A DNA stretch of 64,000 bases, taken from assembly GCA_002742935.1 (NCBI GenBank), contig PDON01000065.1, forward strand, positions 6,894 to 70,893. Direction: 5' to 3'. Of the stretch, positions 28,229 through 39,099 are shown one piece after another. The position numbers were made by a program, and so were the translations under genes. The stretch is from Candidatus Cloacimonadota bacterium. Lineage in GTDB: Bacteria; UBA4055. How positions within the stretch are numbered: position 1 is the first letter of the stretch; the number at the start of each line of letters is the position of its first letter. Under the pieces are notes generated by a model. That model did not search any database. It saw nothing but the letters and a program-made list of their open reading frames with translations, and was not told where the DNA came from.

Positions 28229-31200
28229 CTAGGTATAAAACTTATTTTCTGTAGCATCTTTCATAGTTTTAGATAATGTTTCTATGGTAAAAGGTTTTTG
28301 GATATATCCTACATTATCATTTTCCGAAAGAACACTCTGTACCCTGTGATCTTGTTTAAAACCAGAAGTTAGAATGATTTTTTGAGTTGGATCTATCTCC
28401 CTTATTTTCTTAAAAGCCTCTTTTCCTGAAAGTATAGGCATAACCATATCCAAAAGTATAAGATCTATTTTATCCCCATTTTCTTCAAAAACATCTATTG
28501 CCTCTTGCCCATTATTAGCTGTTATAACAGAATAACCGCACTCCTCAAGAATTCCTCTTGAGGTTATTCTCATAATCTCTTGATCATCTACAACTAAAAC
28601 AGTTCCTAATCCCAAAGGGATATCCTCCTCTTCATCTTTAAGGTCTATTACATCTTCATTTGCTTCATAAGCAGGAATTAGTATTTTAACTTTAGTTCCT
28701 ACAGAAAGTTCAGAATCAACTTTTATTATACCACCATGTTGCTCTACAATACTGTAAACCATGGCTAATCCTAAACCTGTCCCTTTATCCTTATCTTTAG
28801 TAGTAAAAAAAGGATCAAATATTTTAGATAGATTTTCTTTAGAGATACCAACCCCATTATCCTCAATTGTCAGTGAGATATAATCTCCCGATATTTTAAT
28901 ACCATTCTCCTTAGCAAAATCAGGATCTACAAAAAACTTTTCTGTAACAATTTTTAAGATTCCTCCCCACCTAACATTTTCACCTCTCATAATTGTCATA
29001 GCATGACAGGCATTTACACATAAATTTAAAACAGTCTGCTCTATCTGTACAGGATCAGCATTTATTTTTGCAGGAGTACCTAGCATTACAGGTTTAATTT
29101 CAACACTTCTGTCAAATGATGATCTAATTATTTTTACAACATGATTTACTGTTTTATTTAAATCTACAGGAGCAAGTGCAGACTCCTGTTTTCTTGAAAG
29201 AGTAAGAAGTTGTTTAACCATTTCAGTAGCACTCTGACCCGCTTTCTCTAAGGTTTCAATATGCTTATTAAGATCTTCTCTATTTAACTCTCCGTTTCTA
29301 TTAAGCTTAAATTTCATAAAAGAGAGAGTTCCTACAATACCACCTAAAACATTGTTAAAATCGTGAGCAAGACCTCCTGCCAAAGTTCCAATAGTCTCCA
29401 TTTTTTGAGCCTGAATAAGCTGGAGTTCCTTATTCTCAATTTCAGTAACATCATCAATCTGTATAATCATTTCACTATTTTGATCATATAAAAGCTTAAA
29501 AAGCTTTATAGTAAAATATTTATTTTCTAAATTATCAAACTTAAATTTTGAAAATTCAAACCTTCTATTTTCATCAATAACCTCAAAGAAGTACTTATGA
29601 AACACTTCTAAAGAAGGTATAATATCAAAATAAAGATTTCCTCTCACCTTATTAGAGTCAAGATTGAAAAGCTTATCAACAACAAGATTAGTATGTGTAA
29701 TTCTTCCCTTATTATCAACTGAAATCAAACCTTGCGATATGGTATTTAAAATATAACTTTGATGTTCTCTAATTCTAATTATCGCTTTTTCATTCTTCCT
29801 CTTTTGGGTTTGATCTGTTACAAATATCATAACAGAATTTTTATCTTTCCACTTTATTGGCGTAATATTTAATTCTGCCCAAAGAGTATTACCGTTCTTA
29901 TGGATCATATTTACAACTAAATTTTTGACATTCATTGGCTTGAAAGTTAATCTTAAAAGGATCTCATTAAGATGCTCAATATCTTTTTTAGAAATAATTT
30001 TAGAAAGAACAATATCCTCATCTCTTTCATTATTGTAACCGGTAATATTCCTAAATACTGAATTAACATAAAGAATATTACCTCTTTCTAAAACAATTAT
30101 ACCCTCTGTAGAGTTTTCAATAATGGTTCTATAGATAGATTTAGACTGTTTAAGATCTGATTCTATCCTCTTTCTTTCTGTTATATCAAGATAAACACCA
30201 TCAAAAATTAAGATCTCCCCATCATCTTTTACTAGCTTTATATGCTCTTGAATCCACTTAACTTTGCCCTTCTTTGTTCTCACTCTATACTCAAAAAGAT
30301 TCTCCTTAACATTTGTATCAAAAATGAAAAACTCATCTCCTTGATCTTCCGGTAATATTATACTCTTATAAGCAGAAAAAGAGTTTGAAATAAAATATTC
30401 CTTATTATAACCTGTTATAGATTCAATATTATCACTTAAGAAGAGATACCGTGATTTTGTTCCTTTAGTTTCAATCCTAAAAACTGAAGCAGAAATATTG
30501 TTTATCATGGATTTATATTTATCTCTATCCTCTTTAAACTCCATTTCTGTAATGTGATGCTGGGTTATATCTCTTATAAGTATAAAGTAACTCTTATGAT
30601 TTTTTGTAGAGATACTAAATTCAGTAAAAATATTCTCTTCAACAAAAAACTCAAAACTTTGTTCATGAAGTTTCCTTGTATCCAAAAACTTAATTACCTT
30701 AAAAATTTTATTGAAAAGATCTGAGCCAAAAATATCCTTAATATTCTTTCCCGTTAAAGATATAGATTCTTTACTGCTCTTATAAAAACTTTCACTTGGA
30801 GAAAATTCATTTAGAATATTGTAGTTTCTATCTATTTCAATAATACATATAGGCAATACTTGAGATATTAATTTAAACAAATTTATATCATTACGCCTAT
30901 TTATATTTTTTTTCAAAATTTTATGCATAAGGACCAAAACCACAACAATGGTTATAAAAGTAAGTAAATCAAAAAAACTAAAAAAAGAACTCTTTTCTTC
31001 ATCATTGATATTTAACCACTTTTTTTCAAGAAACTCAATGCAACCATCATTCTTTAAAAATTCAAGCCTCCGATTGATAAAAGTGTAGAGTTCCTCTCTA
31101 TTTTTTTGTATCCCAATTCTTATACTTTTACAGAAAACAGATTCAGAGATTAAATTAACCTTATCTCTCAAACCTGTTCTGCTTATAGAATTATCCAAAA

Positions 31201-31726
31201 CATGAAGCTCACCAAAAACAGCTTTTAACCTTCTATTCCCCAAAGATACAATCGCAGAATCAATATCTAAGATTGGCTCTAATTTGAAATTGTAATCCAG
31301 ATTTTTTAAATATTGGAGAGAGTAGCTACCATATTGAACACCTACAACTTCATCACTATCTATATCATTGAGAGAGAGGAAATCTTTATCTCTACTCCTC
31401 TTTGCCAAATGAAATTTTATATGAGAGTAAACATCTGAATAATCTATTTTTTTACTTCTATTATCGCTAATTATAATGGTGGATAAAAGATCTGCACCTC
31501 CTTTGTTAACAATCTCAACACCCTTATCTACTGAAATAACACTCTCAAATTGTAGCTTATACTCTGAATTTTCAAAAATTTTATTTATTAAATCAATTGA
31601 AAATCCTATACTATTATCACCTTTTTTACTTGAGAAAGGATAAAGATTTTCCGGAAAAAGAACTTTCAAGTTTTTTGATATTAATGATGATGATAAAAGA
31701 AAAAGTATTAAAAATAATCTTAACAT
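28229..31726 (-). CDS. Hybrid sensor histidine kinase / response regulator. N-terminal periplasmic SBP_bac_3-like sensor domain, then a TM helix, multiple PAS domains, HisKA, HATPase_c and a C-terminal REC.
   Basis: Signal peptide plus an ~230-aa solute-binding-like domain, a TM segment, PAS repeats, the H-box LAGGLAHDFNN, N/G boxes, and a receiver domain with DDQ...LLDMVMP...K. Confidence 0.85.
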   Translation of the reverse strand: MLRLFLILFLLSSSLISKNLKVLFPENLYPFSSKKGDNSIGFSIDLINKIFENSEYKLQFESVISVDKGVEIVNKGGADLLSTIIISDNRSKKIDYSDVYSHIKFHLAKRSRDKDFLSLNDIDSDEVVGVQYGSYSLQYLKNLDYNFKLEPILDIDSAIVSLGNRRLKAVFGELHVLDNSISRTGLRDKVNLISESVFCKSIRIGIQKNREELYTFINRRLEFLKNDGCIEFLEKKWLNINDEEKSSFFSFFDLLTFITIVVVLVLMHKILKKNINRRNDINLFKLISQVLPICIIEIDRNYNILNEFSPSESFYKSSKESISLTGKNIKDIFGSDLFNKIFKVIKFLDTRKLHEQSFEFFVEENIFTEFSISTKNHKSYFILIRDITQHHITEMEFKEDRDKYKSMINNISASVFRIETKGTKSRYLFLSDNIESITGYNKEYFISNSFSAYKSIILPEDQGDEFFIFDTNVKENLFEYRVRTKKGKVKWIQEHIKLVKDDGEILIFDGVYLDITERKRIESDLKQSKSIYRTIIENSTEGIIVLERGNILYVNSVFRNITGYNNERDEDIVLSKIISKKDIEHLNEILLRLTFKPMNVKNLVVNMIHKNGNTLWAELNITPIKWKDKNSVMIFVTDQTQKRKNEKAIIRIREHQSYILNTISQGLISVDNKGRITHTNLVVDKLFNLDSNKVRGNLYFDIIPSLEVFHKYFFEVIDENRRFEFSKFKFDNLENKYFTIKLFKLLYDQNSEMIIQIDDVTEIENKELQLIQAQKMETIGTLAGGLAHDFNNVLGGIVGTLSFMKFKLNRNGELNREDLNKHIETLEKAGQSATEMVKQLLTLSRKQESALAPVDLNKTVNHVVKIIRSSFDRSVEIKPVMLGTPAKINADPVQIEQTVLNLCVNACHAMTIMRGENVRWGGILKIVTEKFFVDPDFAKENGIKISGDYISLTIEDNGVGISKENLSKIFDPFFTTKDKDKGTGLGLAMVYSIVEQHGGIIKVDSELSVGTKVKILIPAYEANEDVIDLKDEEEDIPLGLGTVLVVDDQEIMRITSRGILEECGYSVITANNGQEAIDVFEENGDKIDLILLDMVMPILSGKEAFKKIREIDPTQKIILTSGFKQDHRVQSVLSENDNVGYIQKPFTIETLSKTMKDATENKFYT

Positions 31727-32176
31727 AAAAACTCTATATTTTATTACATCTATCTGAGTTTAGGTTTAATGAATTAAAATAAATGCATCTAATAAAAGTT
31801 CATTCAATCTAAGAAGAATATACCTAATTTATCTTTTTTGAACAATAGTTTAATTGATTTTTAATTAGAGCTACCAATTTTTTTAATAGAGAAACAGTAA
31901 CTACTAAATTTAAAAGTTACTTTCTCCGAAAAATATTATTTCGAAGATTTTTTTTGGTATAATTTAATTACACCAAAAATTTCATTAAAAACTCAAAAGG
32001 GCTATAAACAATTAGTATAAAGAATCCAATTTTTATGTGATTTTACAATAGTATATAGAAATCTTTGAAGTTGTCTTATGAACTTGAAATATAAATCTTG
32101 ACTTTAAAAATAGCAGATAATATATTGTATAAAAGTACGGCGGTATTTTTTAGTTTTCACTTTTTAGGATATAATT

Positions 32177-32830
32177 ATGCAGGTAAAAAAAGAGAAAGTA
32201 AAACAATTTATTTTAGAAGCAGCAAGAAGTGAGTTTTTAGAAAAGGGTTTTGAGAAAGCATCTCTTAGAAATATTGCCCAAAAAGCAAATGCTACCAAGG
32301 GTAATATTTACATATATTTCAAAAGCAAAGATGATCTTTTCTCTCATCTTATTAAACCTGCCGAAGATATAATTATGCATTCCTTTGATGAATCTAACAA
32401 GAATATATTACGATCAATAAAAACCAATGAAAAAGGTACTCTTCAACCTTTGGAAGACTCTATAAATGAAACTAGAGATTGGTGTAATGCTATCATGAAA
32501 GAATATGATAGTTTTAAACTTCTCTTCTTTAGTGCCGGAGGTTCCAGTAAAGAGAATTTCAAAGAGAAACTTATTCAGCTATACACTAAGAAGAGTGAGT
32601 ACTACTACTCTGTGTTGGGAGAAAACAGACCGGAATTTAGGACTAAAGTATCCGAAATGTTTATACATACCATGGCAGGAACTTTTGTTACAATGATAGA
32701 GGAGCTCATTCTTCATAATCCAAATGAGAAAGAACTTGAAGAATATGTGGAGCAGGTAGCTCTTTTTGTTCATTTCGGTATAGAAAAGATGCTTCTTTAT
32801 GAGAGGAAAAAGGAGTTGAATGCTAAGTAG
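32177..32830 (+). CDS. TetR/AcrR family transcriptional regulator.
   Basis: N-terminal HTH ...GFEKASLRNIAQKANATKGNIYIYFKSKDDLF. Confidence 0.8.
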   Translation: MQVKKEKVKQFILEAARSEFLEKGFEKASLRNIAQKANATKGNIYIYFKSKDDLFSHLIKPAEDIIMHSFDESNKNILRSIKTNEKGTLQPLEDSINETRDWCNAIMKEYDSFKLLFFSAGGSSKENFKEKLIQLYTKKSEYYYSVLGENRPEFRTKVSEMFIHTMAGTFVTMIEELILHNPNEKELEEYVEQVALFVHFGIEKMLLYERKKELNAK

Positions 32831-32837
32831 CTATTAA

Positions 32838-34673
32838 TTGATGATAGGCATAAAAAAGATTTATATTTTACCAGTAATGATTTGTAGATATAGGAGCTCT
32901 ATTATGGAAAAGAGGGAGGAAAAAGTATCTATTTTAAAAAGACTGACACCCTTTATGGGGAAAAAGAAGTTTTTATTTCCTATTGCCTTAACTTTGTCAG
33001 CTTTATCGGCTCTATTTAGTTTGCTACCTTTTGTCTTTATTTGGATCATTGCAAAGAAATTGTTTACAATTCAGAATCTTAACTTTACGGATATTTCTAC
33101 TTATGCTTGGCTAACTTTAGGATCAGCCTTCTTGGCAATGTTACTCTATTTTTTTGCCTTAATGATTTCTCATTTAGCCGCCTTCCATGTAGAGGTTGAG
33201 ATGAGAAGATGGGCAATGAAAAAGATTATAAGTATGCCTTTAGGTTTTTTTGATAAAAATCAAAGTGGAAAGATTCGAAAAATTATTGATGATAATGCAA
33301 GCCAAACTCACACCTTTTTAGCTCATCAGATGCCTGACTTGGCAGGAACAATAATAGCTCCATTAATAATCTTGATTTTAATGTTTATTGTTGACTGGAG
33401 AATGGGTATTATTTCCCTGATACCTATTGTTCTTGGTTTTGTTTCTATGTTATTTATGATGAGTAGTGTTGGAAAGGTTTTCCAGAAAAAATATATGGAT
33501 AGTTTAGAAGAGATGAGTAGTGAAGCTGTGGAGTATGTTAGAGGAATACCTGTTGTAAAAACTTTTGGTCAGAGTGTTTTTTCATTTAAAAAGTTTGTGG
33601 GTAGTATTACTTCGTATCGTGATATGGTTTATGCTTATACATTAATGTGGAGAAGGCCTATGTCTTTTTACACTGTAATAATGCAGGGCACATCCTTCTT
33701 TTTGGTTCCTTTTGCCTTTCTATTTATAATCAAAAATGGAAATATTTCTCAAGTTTTAACAGATTTTCTTTTTTACATACTAATAGCTCCCCATTTTACC
33801 CTACTGTTTATGAAATCTATGTATTTTCAAAACTATTCAGCTATTGCAATGCAAGCAATGGATAGATTTGATAATATTTTGAACTACCCTGAAATGAAAT
33901 TTGAGAAGGAAAGTAGAAAAATTTTAAATTTTACCTTAGAGTTTAAAGATGTCTCTTTTGCTTACGAGGGAGCTAATAGTAACGCTATTGAAAAGATTAG
34001 TTTTAAAGTTGATGAGGGTGAAACCGTAGCTCTTGTTGGAGCATCCGGAAGTGGTAAAACAACAATTGCAAGACTCGCCGCTCGATTTTGGGATAGTTCT
34101 AAAGGCGAAATATTGATTGGTGGGATAAATATAAAGAATATATCTCGCAAAGATTTAATGGATTCAGTATCCTTTGTTTTCCAAAATACAAAGCTGTTTA
34201 AAACAACTATTAGAGAAAATCTTACATATGGTAGAAAAAAATGTGAGAAATCTGAGATTGAAAGAGCTCTTAAGCTATCTCAAAGTAAAGAAATAGTAGA
34301 TAGCCTTAAAAACGGCTTAGACACTATCATCGGTAAGGAAGGAACCTATCTCTCAGGAGGAGAACAGCAAAGAATTGCTATTGGAAGAGCTATTTTAAAG
34401 GATGCTCCAATTGTTATTTTAGATGAAGCCACTGCTTTTGCAGATCCCGAGAATGAGCACTTGATTCAATCTGCACTTCATGAATTGAGTAAAAATAGAA
34501 CAACTTTAATGATTGCTCACCGTTTAACTACTGTTAAAAATGTTGATAAAATTTTAGTTATTGATGGAGGTAGAATTGTAGAAAGTGGTACCCATAATGA
34601 GTTACTTTCAAAAAGAGGTTTATATGAAAATATGTGGAAAGAGTATCAAAAATCTGTTGACTGGAAGATTTAA
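32838..34673 (+). CDS. ABC exporter, fused permease plus ATPase (half-transporter).
   Basis: Six-TM domain, Walker A GASGSGKTT, LSGGEQQR, ILDEATA. Confidence 0.85.
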   Translation: MMIGIKKIYILPVMICRYRSSIMEKREEKVSILKRLTPFMGKKKFLFPIALTLSALSALFSLLPFVFIWIIAKKLFTIQNLNFTDISTYAWLTLGSAFLAMLLYFFALMISHLAAFHVEVEMRRWAMKKIISMPLGFFDKNQSGKIRKIIDDNASQTHTFLAHQMPDLAGTIIAPLIILILMFIVDWRMGIISLIPIVLGFVSMLFMMSSVGKVFQKKYMDSLEEMSSEAVEYVRGIPVVKTFGQSVFSFKKFVGSITSYRDMVYAYTLMWRRPMSFYTVIMQGTSFFLVPFAFLFIIKNGNISQVLTDFLFYILIAPHFTLLFMKSMYFQNYSAIAMQAMDRFDNILNYPEMKFEKESRKILNFTLEFKDVSFAYEGANSNAIEKISFKVDEGETVALVGASGSGKTTIARLAARFWDSSKGEILIGGINIKNISRKDLMDSVSFVFQNTKLFKTTIRENLTYGRKKCEKSEIERALKLSQSKEIVDSLKNGLDTIIGKEGTYLSGGEQQRIAIGRAILKDAPIVILDEATAFADPENEHLIQSALHELSKNRTTLMIAHRLTTVKNVDKILVIDGGRIVESGTHNELLSKRGLYENMWKEYQKSVDWKI

Positions 34674-34707
34674 GTTTTAGAAAAGATTATACTTTAAGGA
34701 GACACTA

Positions 34708-35475
34708 ATGGTTAATTCACCAAAAGAGATTTCAGAGATTATTATTGATCAAGGTATTGGCAAGGCGAATAAAAAGTTTTATAAAACGTTTTTGTTAGGT
34801 TTTTCAGGAGGACTTTTTATATCCCTTGCCTCAATTGGTTCTATTGTTATGTACGCCTACGCAGGAGATCATTCTCTCGGTAAATTTTTGGCAGGTTCAG
34901 TCTTTTCCCTGGCTTTAATGTTTGTTGTTTTAGCAGGTGGAGAGTTTTTTACCGGGAACAATCTAATGACTTTAGGTTTTTTGGAAAAAAAGTATAGGAT
35001 TAGTTTGGTTGCTAAAAATCTTATAGCTGTATTTTTGGGTAATTTTGCCGGTTGTCTTTTAATGGTTGGTATCAACTACTATGGGGGAGCTTTTGGTTAT
35101 GAAGCTGAAGCCACAAAACTTTCCCACAAGATTGTTGTTATTGCAGAAGCAAAAGCACATCTAACATTCATTGAAGCATTAATGAGAGGTATAATGTGTA
35201 ATATGCTAGTTGCAGGAGCTATCTGGATGCAGGCTTCCAGTAAAGATGTTGCAGGAAAGGTTTTAACCATATTTTTTCCTATAGTAGGATTCATTGTAAG
35301 TGGATTTGAACATGTTGTTGCAAATATGTTTTATATCCCTATGGGTATGGCTCTAGGTGCAGATGTAAGCGTACTATCTCTTTTTGGTAATATTATACCT
35401 GTAGCTTTTGGAAATATGATTGCAGGATCATTTATAATCCCTGTAATGTACTACTTTATCTACAGAAAGCAGTAA
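34708..35475 (+). CDS. Formate/nitrite transporter (FNT) family channel.
   Basis: 255 aa with a six-TM pattern. Conserved FNT regions AGGEFFTGN and SGFEHVVANMF. Confidence 0.8.
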   Translation: MVNSPKEISEIIIDQGIGKANKKFYKTFLLGFSGGLFISLASIGSIVMYAYAGDHSLGKFLAGSVFSLALMFVVLAGGEFFTGNNLMTLGFLEKKYRISLVAKNLIAVFLGNFAGCLLMVGINYYGGAFGYEAEATKLSHKIVVIAEAKAHLTFIEALMRGIMCNMLVAGAIWMQASSKDVAGKVLTIFFPIVGFIVSGFEHVVANMFYIPMGMALGADVSVLSLFGNIIPVAFGNMIAGSFIIPVMYYFIYRKQ

Positions 35476-35669
35476 ACATAAACTTCTGAAAAGGGTAAAT
35501 CACACTCTATTACTAAGTTATGTGAAAACTTAATATAAAATCATTTTTCAACCACAGAAAAAAGAGAAAATGAAAATAAAAAACGAACTCTTTTAGTTTT
35601 AATTAAGAGGTAAGAATTGGTAGCATCTATAAACGGCTCCTACCGTAAAAACAAATTTAGGAGGTTATT

Positions 35670-37394
35670 ATGATTAACTATTTTCAAAATAGATTTGGGT
35701 TGAGTAAAAAGGGAGCAAAAGATCTCCGGTTTGCTATAGTAACTCATACTTTCTTAAATTTAAGTTTTATGCTACCTATAATTATAGTTATGTTTTTTTT
35801 ACAAGAGTATATAGGTGTTCTATTTTCGGATAAAACAAGTACCTATTCTATTCTTTTCTACATATTCTTTGCACTTATCTCTTTTATAGTTATGTATGTA
35901 ATAGCAAGAGTAGATTATAACTCTACATATACTAAAATATATAATGAGAGTGCAAAAAACAGAATAAATCTAGCCGAAACATTGAGACAACTCCCAATGT
36001 CATTCTTTGGTAAAAAAGATATTGCTGACCTTAGTTCAACCATTATGGAAGATGCAACTCAGATTGAACAAATATTTTCTCATGCAGTACCTCAACTTTA
36101 TGCTTCTTTCATCAGTATGGCTATTATGACCACTATGATGTTTTTTTACAATTGGCAGATGAGCTTAGCTCTTTTTTGGGTTGTTCCTATAGGTTTTTTG
36201 GTTTTTAAACTTTCCAAAGGTGTCATGGAAAGAGATCACAGAAAGATCTACGAAGAGAAAAGGGTTATCTCCAACAAGATCCAAGAGGGTATGGATATGG
36301 TTCAGGAGATTAAGTCCTACAGTCAAGAGGAGAATTATTTAAACGATCTAAACACCACCCTTGATTATTATGAAAATGACCTTATTAAAAGTGAACTTTT
36401 AGGAGGAAGTTTAATTAATCTTTCCCACTTTATGTTAAAACTTGGATTTCCGACTGTTATTTTTGCGGGTGCATATCTTCTATCCCAAGGAGGAATCACT
36501 CTGTTTACATACATTGTTTTCTTGGTAATTGTAGGCAGAATCTATGATCCCATAACAGAAGTTATGAATAATTTTGCAATGCTACTCTATCTAGATGTTA
36601 GAATAAAAAGATTAAAAGATCTTAATGAGATGCCAAGACAGAGTGGGAAAAAAGATTTCACTCCAAAAAATTTTGATATTGAGTTTAAAAATGTAAACTT
36701 TTCATACCAAGATGGAATACAAACTCTAAAAGATGTGAACTTTACAGCAAAACAGGGTGAAGTTACGGCTCTAATTGGTCCTTCAGGAGGGGGAAAAACT
36801 ACAACAGCAAAACTATCTGCAAGATTTTGGGATATTGATAGTGGTAAGATAACAATTGGAGGTGAGGATATCTCTAAATTTGATCCTGAAGCATTGTTAA
36901 GCTCTTTTTCTATTGTATTTCAAGATGTTACACTATTCAACTCATCTATAATGGAAAATATAAGACTTGGTAAAAAGGATGCTACCGATAGTGAGGTTAA
37001 AAAGGCCGCTAAACTTGCTAATTGCGATGAGTTTATAGAAAAACTACCAAACGGATATAACACCCTAATTGGGGAGAATGTAGAGAGAATATCCGGTGGT
37101 GAACGTCAGAGAATCTCAATTGCAAGAGCTTTGTTAAAGGACGCTCCTATTATTCTACTTGATGAAGCAACCGCAAGTCTTGATGCTGAAAATGAGAGTA
37201 AGATACAGAGAGGTATAAGTGAACTTATAAAGAATAAAACCGTTTTAATCATTGCTCATAGAATGAGAACTGTTATTGCAGCAAATAAGATTATAGCTTT
37301 AAAAGAGGGAAAAGTTGTAGAGTGTGGAACTCCGGAGGAACTAAAGAAGAGAAATGGTCTATTTGCAAAAATGTTAAACAAACAGAAGGTATAA
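35670..37394 (+). CDS. ABC exporter, fused permease plus ATPase (second half-transporter).
   Basis: TM domain, Walker A GPSGGGKTT, ISGGERQR, LLDEATA. Confidence 0.85.
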   Translation: MINYFQNRFGLSKKGAKDLRFAIVTHTFLNLSFMLPIIIVMFFLQEYIGVLFSDKTSTYSILFYIFFALISFIVMYVIARVDYNSTYTKIYNESAKNRINLAETLRQLPMSFFGKKDIADLSSTIMEDATQIEQIFSHAVPQLYASFISMAIMTTMMFFYNWQMSLALFWVVPIGFLVFKLSKGVMERDHRKIYEEKRVISNKIQEGMDMVQEIKSYSQEENYLNDLNTTLDYYENDLIKSELLGGSLINLSHFMLKLGFPTVIFAGAYLLSQGGITLFTYIVFLVIVGRIYDPITEVMNNFAMLLYLDVRIKRLKDLNEMPRQSGKKDFTPKNFDIEFKNVNFSYQDGIQTLKDVNFTAKQGEVTALIGPSGGGKTTTAKLSARFWDIDSGKITIGGEDISKFDPEALLSSFSIVFQDVTLFNSSIMENIRLGKKDATDSEVKKAAKLANCDEFIEKLPNGYNTLIGENVERISGGERQRISIARALLKDAPIILLDEATASLDAENESKIQRGISELIKNKTVLIIAHRMRTVIAANKIIALKEGKVVECGTPEELKKRNGLFAKMLNKQKV

Positions 37395-37403
37395 GGAACA
37401 AAC

Positions 37404-38027
37404 ATGGAAAAGGATTGGTCAAATTTAGCTGAAAACTTTGATGATTTACAAAAATATATAGTGGGTGATGTTATAGATAAAATAATTAAAGATGAGCTTT
37501 TAAATTTAAAAAATTTAGGTAATGTTATTGAGTTTGGTTGTGGAGTAGGTAATTATACGAAACCTTTAGCCTCCTCCAGTAACAGCATATTAGCTACAGA
37601 TATCTCTGATGATATGATAAAGTTTGCCAAAGAGGAATTAGTAGATTTTTCAAACATAAAAGTAGAAAAAGCAAGTTGTTATGGTACTGATTTTGAAGAT
37701 AAAAGTTATGATACGGTTTTTATGGCGAACCTGATTCATGTTGTTAAGGATCCCAAAAAAGTTTTAGAAGAGTCTCACAGATTATTAAAAGATGGAGGAA
37801 AACTTATAATAGTTTCTTTCACACCTGATGGAATGAGTTTAACCAATAAGATGAAAATGATAGCCAAATATCTAAAAACTTTTGGACCGCCTCCAAAAGG
37901 AAGCACCCCTTTCAAACTAAAAAGTTTAACAGAGTTTGTGTCTACTCATAATTTCAAGATAGAAATATCAAAACTATTGGGTAAAAAAGAGAGTAAAGCA
38001 ATATTTATTGTAGCTGAAAAGGTGTGA
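37404..38027 (+). CDS. Class I SAM-dependent methyltransferase.
   Basis: Motif I VIEFGCGVGNYT. Acidic post-I residue (DISDDM). Motif II DTVFMANLIHVV. Confidence 0.75.
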   Translation: MEKDWSNLAENFDDLQKYIVGDVIDKIIKDELLNLKNLGNVIEFGCGVGNYTKPLASSSNSILATDISDDMIKFAKEELVDFSNIKVEKASCYGTDFEDKSYDTVFMANLIHVVKDPKKVLEESHRLLKDGGKLIIVSFTPDGMSLTNKMKMIAKYLKTFGPPPKGSTPFKLKSLTEFVSTHNFKIEISKLLGKKESKAIFIVAEKV

Positions 38028-38040
38028 TTTAAGAAATAAA

Positions 38041-38066
38041 AAGCCTCCTGTTTTGGAGGCTTTTAT
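38041..38066 (+). terminator. Intrinsic terminator after the methyltransferase gene.
   Basis: aagcctcc-tgtttt-ggaggctt followed by ttataat. Confidence 0.65.
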
Positions 38067-38213
38067 AATATCTAACAAAATATACTTTCTTAGTTAAAAT
38101 TATTTTAGCTGCTCAATTTCAGGTTAGAAGCTCCGCACCTTAGTATTGATTTTACCTTGAAACGGTTTGCACTCATGATCTTTTAAGCAGAACTTAAAGT
38201 AACCTAACTTTTA

Positions 38214-38660
38214 TTAACCAAGAGTAGCTCCAATAAACCATATCTCTTTATTAAAAAACTCTACATGAGATTCAAATAGAGATACAGCTGCAAACCAACC
38301 CTCTTTATCACTTCCGTTTCTTAAATCTGTTGCAACTTTTCTAAGTAATTTAATATCTTCTAAAACAATTTCCAATGCTTCGGAAGGTTTAAAATCTTTG
38401 GAATCAATCTCTTTAATGTGAGAAATTTTGAGATAGTTTTCAAGTTTAACTTCAGGATCGTGTCCATTCATTTTAATATGCTCTGCAACTTGGTCGTAGA
38501 ACTCAAAAGCTTGATCATATAGATCCTCTGTATGTTTGTGAACAGGAATAAACTGTTCACCTTTAATGTTCCAGTGTAGATTGTGTAGTTTAAAAGTAAA
38601 AACTGCCAGATCAGCCAAATATTCGTTAAACTCTTTTAGTAAAGTCATCTTTTCCTCCAA
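38214..38660 (-). CDS. dps: Dps family DNA-protecting mini-ferritin.
   Basis: Ferritin-like four-helix pattern with ferroxidase residues (HW...H...D...E), as in LHNLHWNIKG...HKHTEDLYD. Confidence 0.8.
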   Translation of the reverse strand: MEEKMTLLKEFNEYLADLAVFTFKLHNLHWNIKGEQFIPVHKHTEDLYDQAFEFYDQVAEHIKMNGHDPEVKLENYLKISHIKEIDSKDFKPSEALEIVLEDIKLLRKVATDLRNGSDKEGWFAAVSLFESHVEFFNKEIWFIGATLG

Positions 38661-38994
38661 TAATTATTTTAATTAGAAAACAATCTATTATTCAATAATA
38701 TTAAACACAATTATAAATATCATAAATAGAGAAAAGTTTAATATAAAATTTTGATTTTTTAATATTGATATTTATTAACATCTACCACCAAAATTTTCTG
38801 ATCACATTCAAATTTGAAGTATGGTTAGCTCTCCTTTTATTTTTGATTTTTCCTTTCTTAATTAAATAATCGTAATAGTTTCAATAAAAAGAGAATATTT
38901 TTTGGAAATATATAAACTTAAAGATATTTTTTTCTTGACAAAACAGAGTATTTATCATAAATTTTGCCGTGTCTTTTGGAAAGACTAAAAAGAT

Positions 38995-39067
38995 TCCGAA
39001 GTAGCTCAGTCGGTAGAGCAGTTGGCTGTTAACCAATTTGTCGGGGGTTCAAGTCCCTCCTTCGGAG
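38995..39067 (+). tRNA. tRNA-Asn (anticodon GTT).
   Basis: Cloverleaf folds by hand: 7-bp acceptor stem tccgaag/cttcgga, D arm gctc...gagc, anticodon stem gttgg/ccaat with loop ctGTTaa, T arm ggggg-ttcaagt-ccctc. No encoded CCA. Followed by a terminator hairpin at 39069-39099. Confidence 0.85.
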
Positions 39068-39068
39068 T

Positions 39069-39099
39069 AAAAGCTCAGTAGAAATACTGAGCTTTTTAT
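39069..39099 (+). terminator. Intrinsic terminator after tRNA-Asn.
   Basis: aaaagctcagta-gaaa-tactgagctttttatt. Confidence 0.7.

Noticed and set aside
35600-35669. Possible riboswitch or leader before the second ABC gene (hairpin ggtagc...gctcctacc).
   Set aside because: Only a 5-bp stem with a long loop and no recognisable aptamer consensus. Likely just a weak structure in a UTR.
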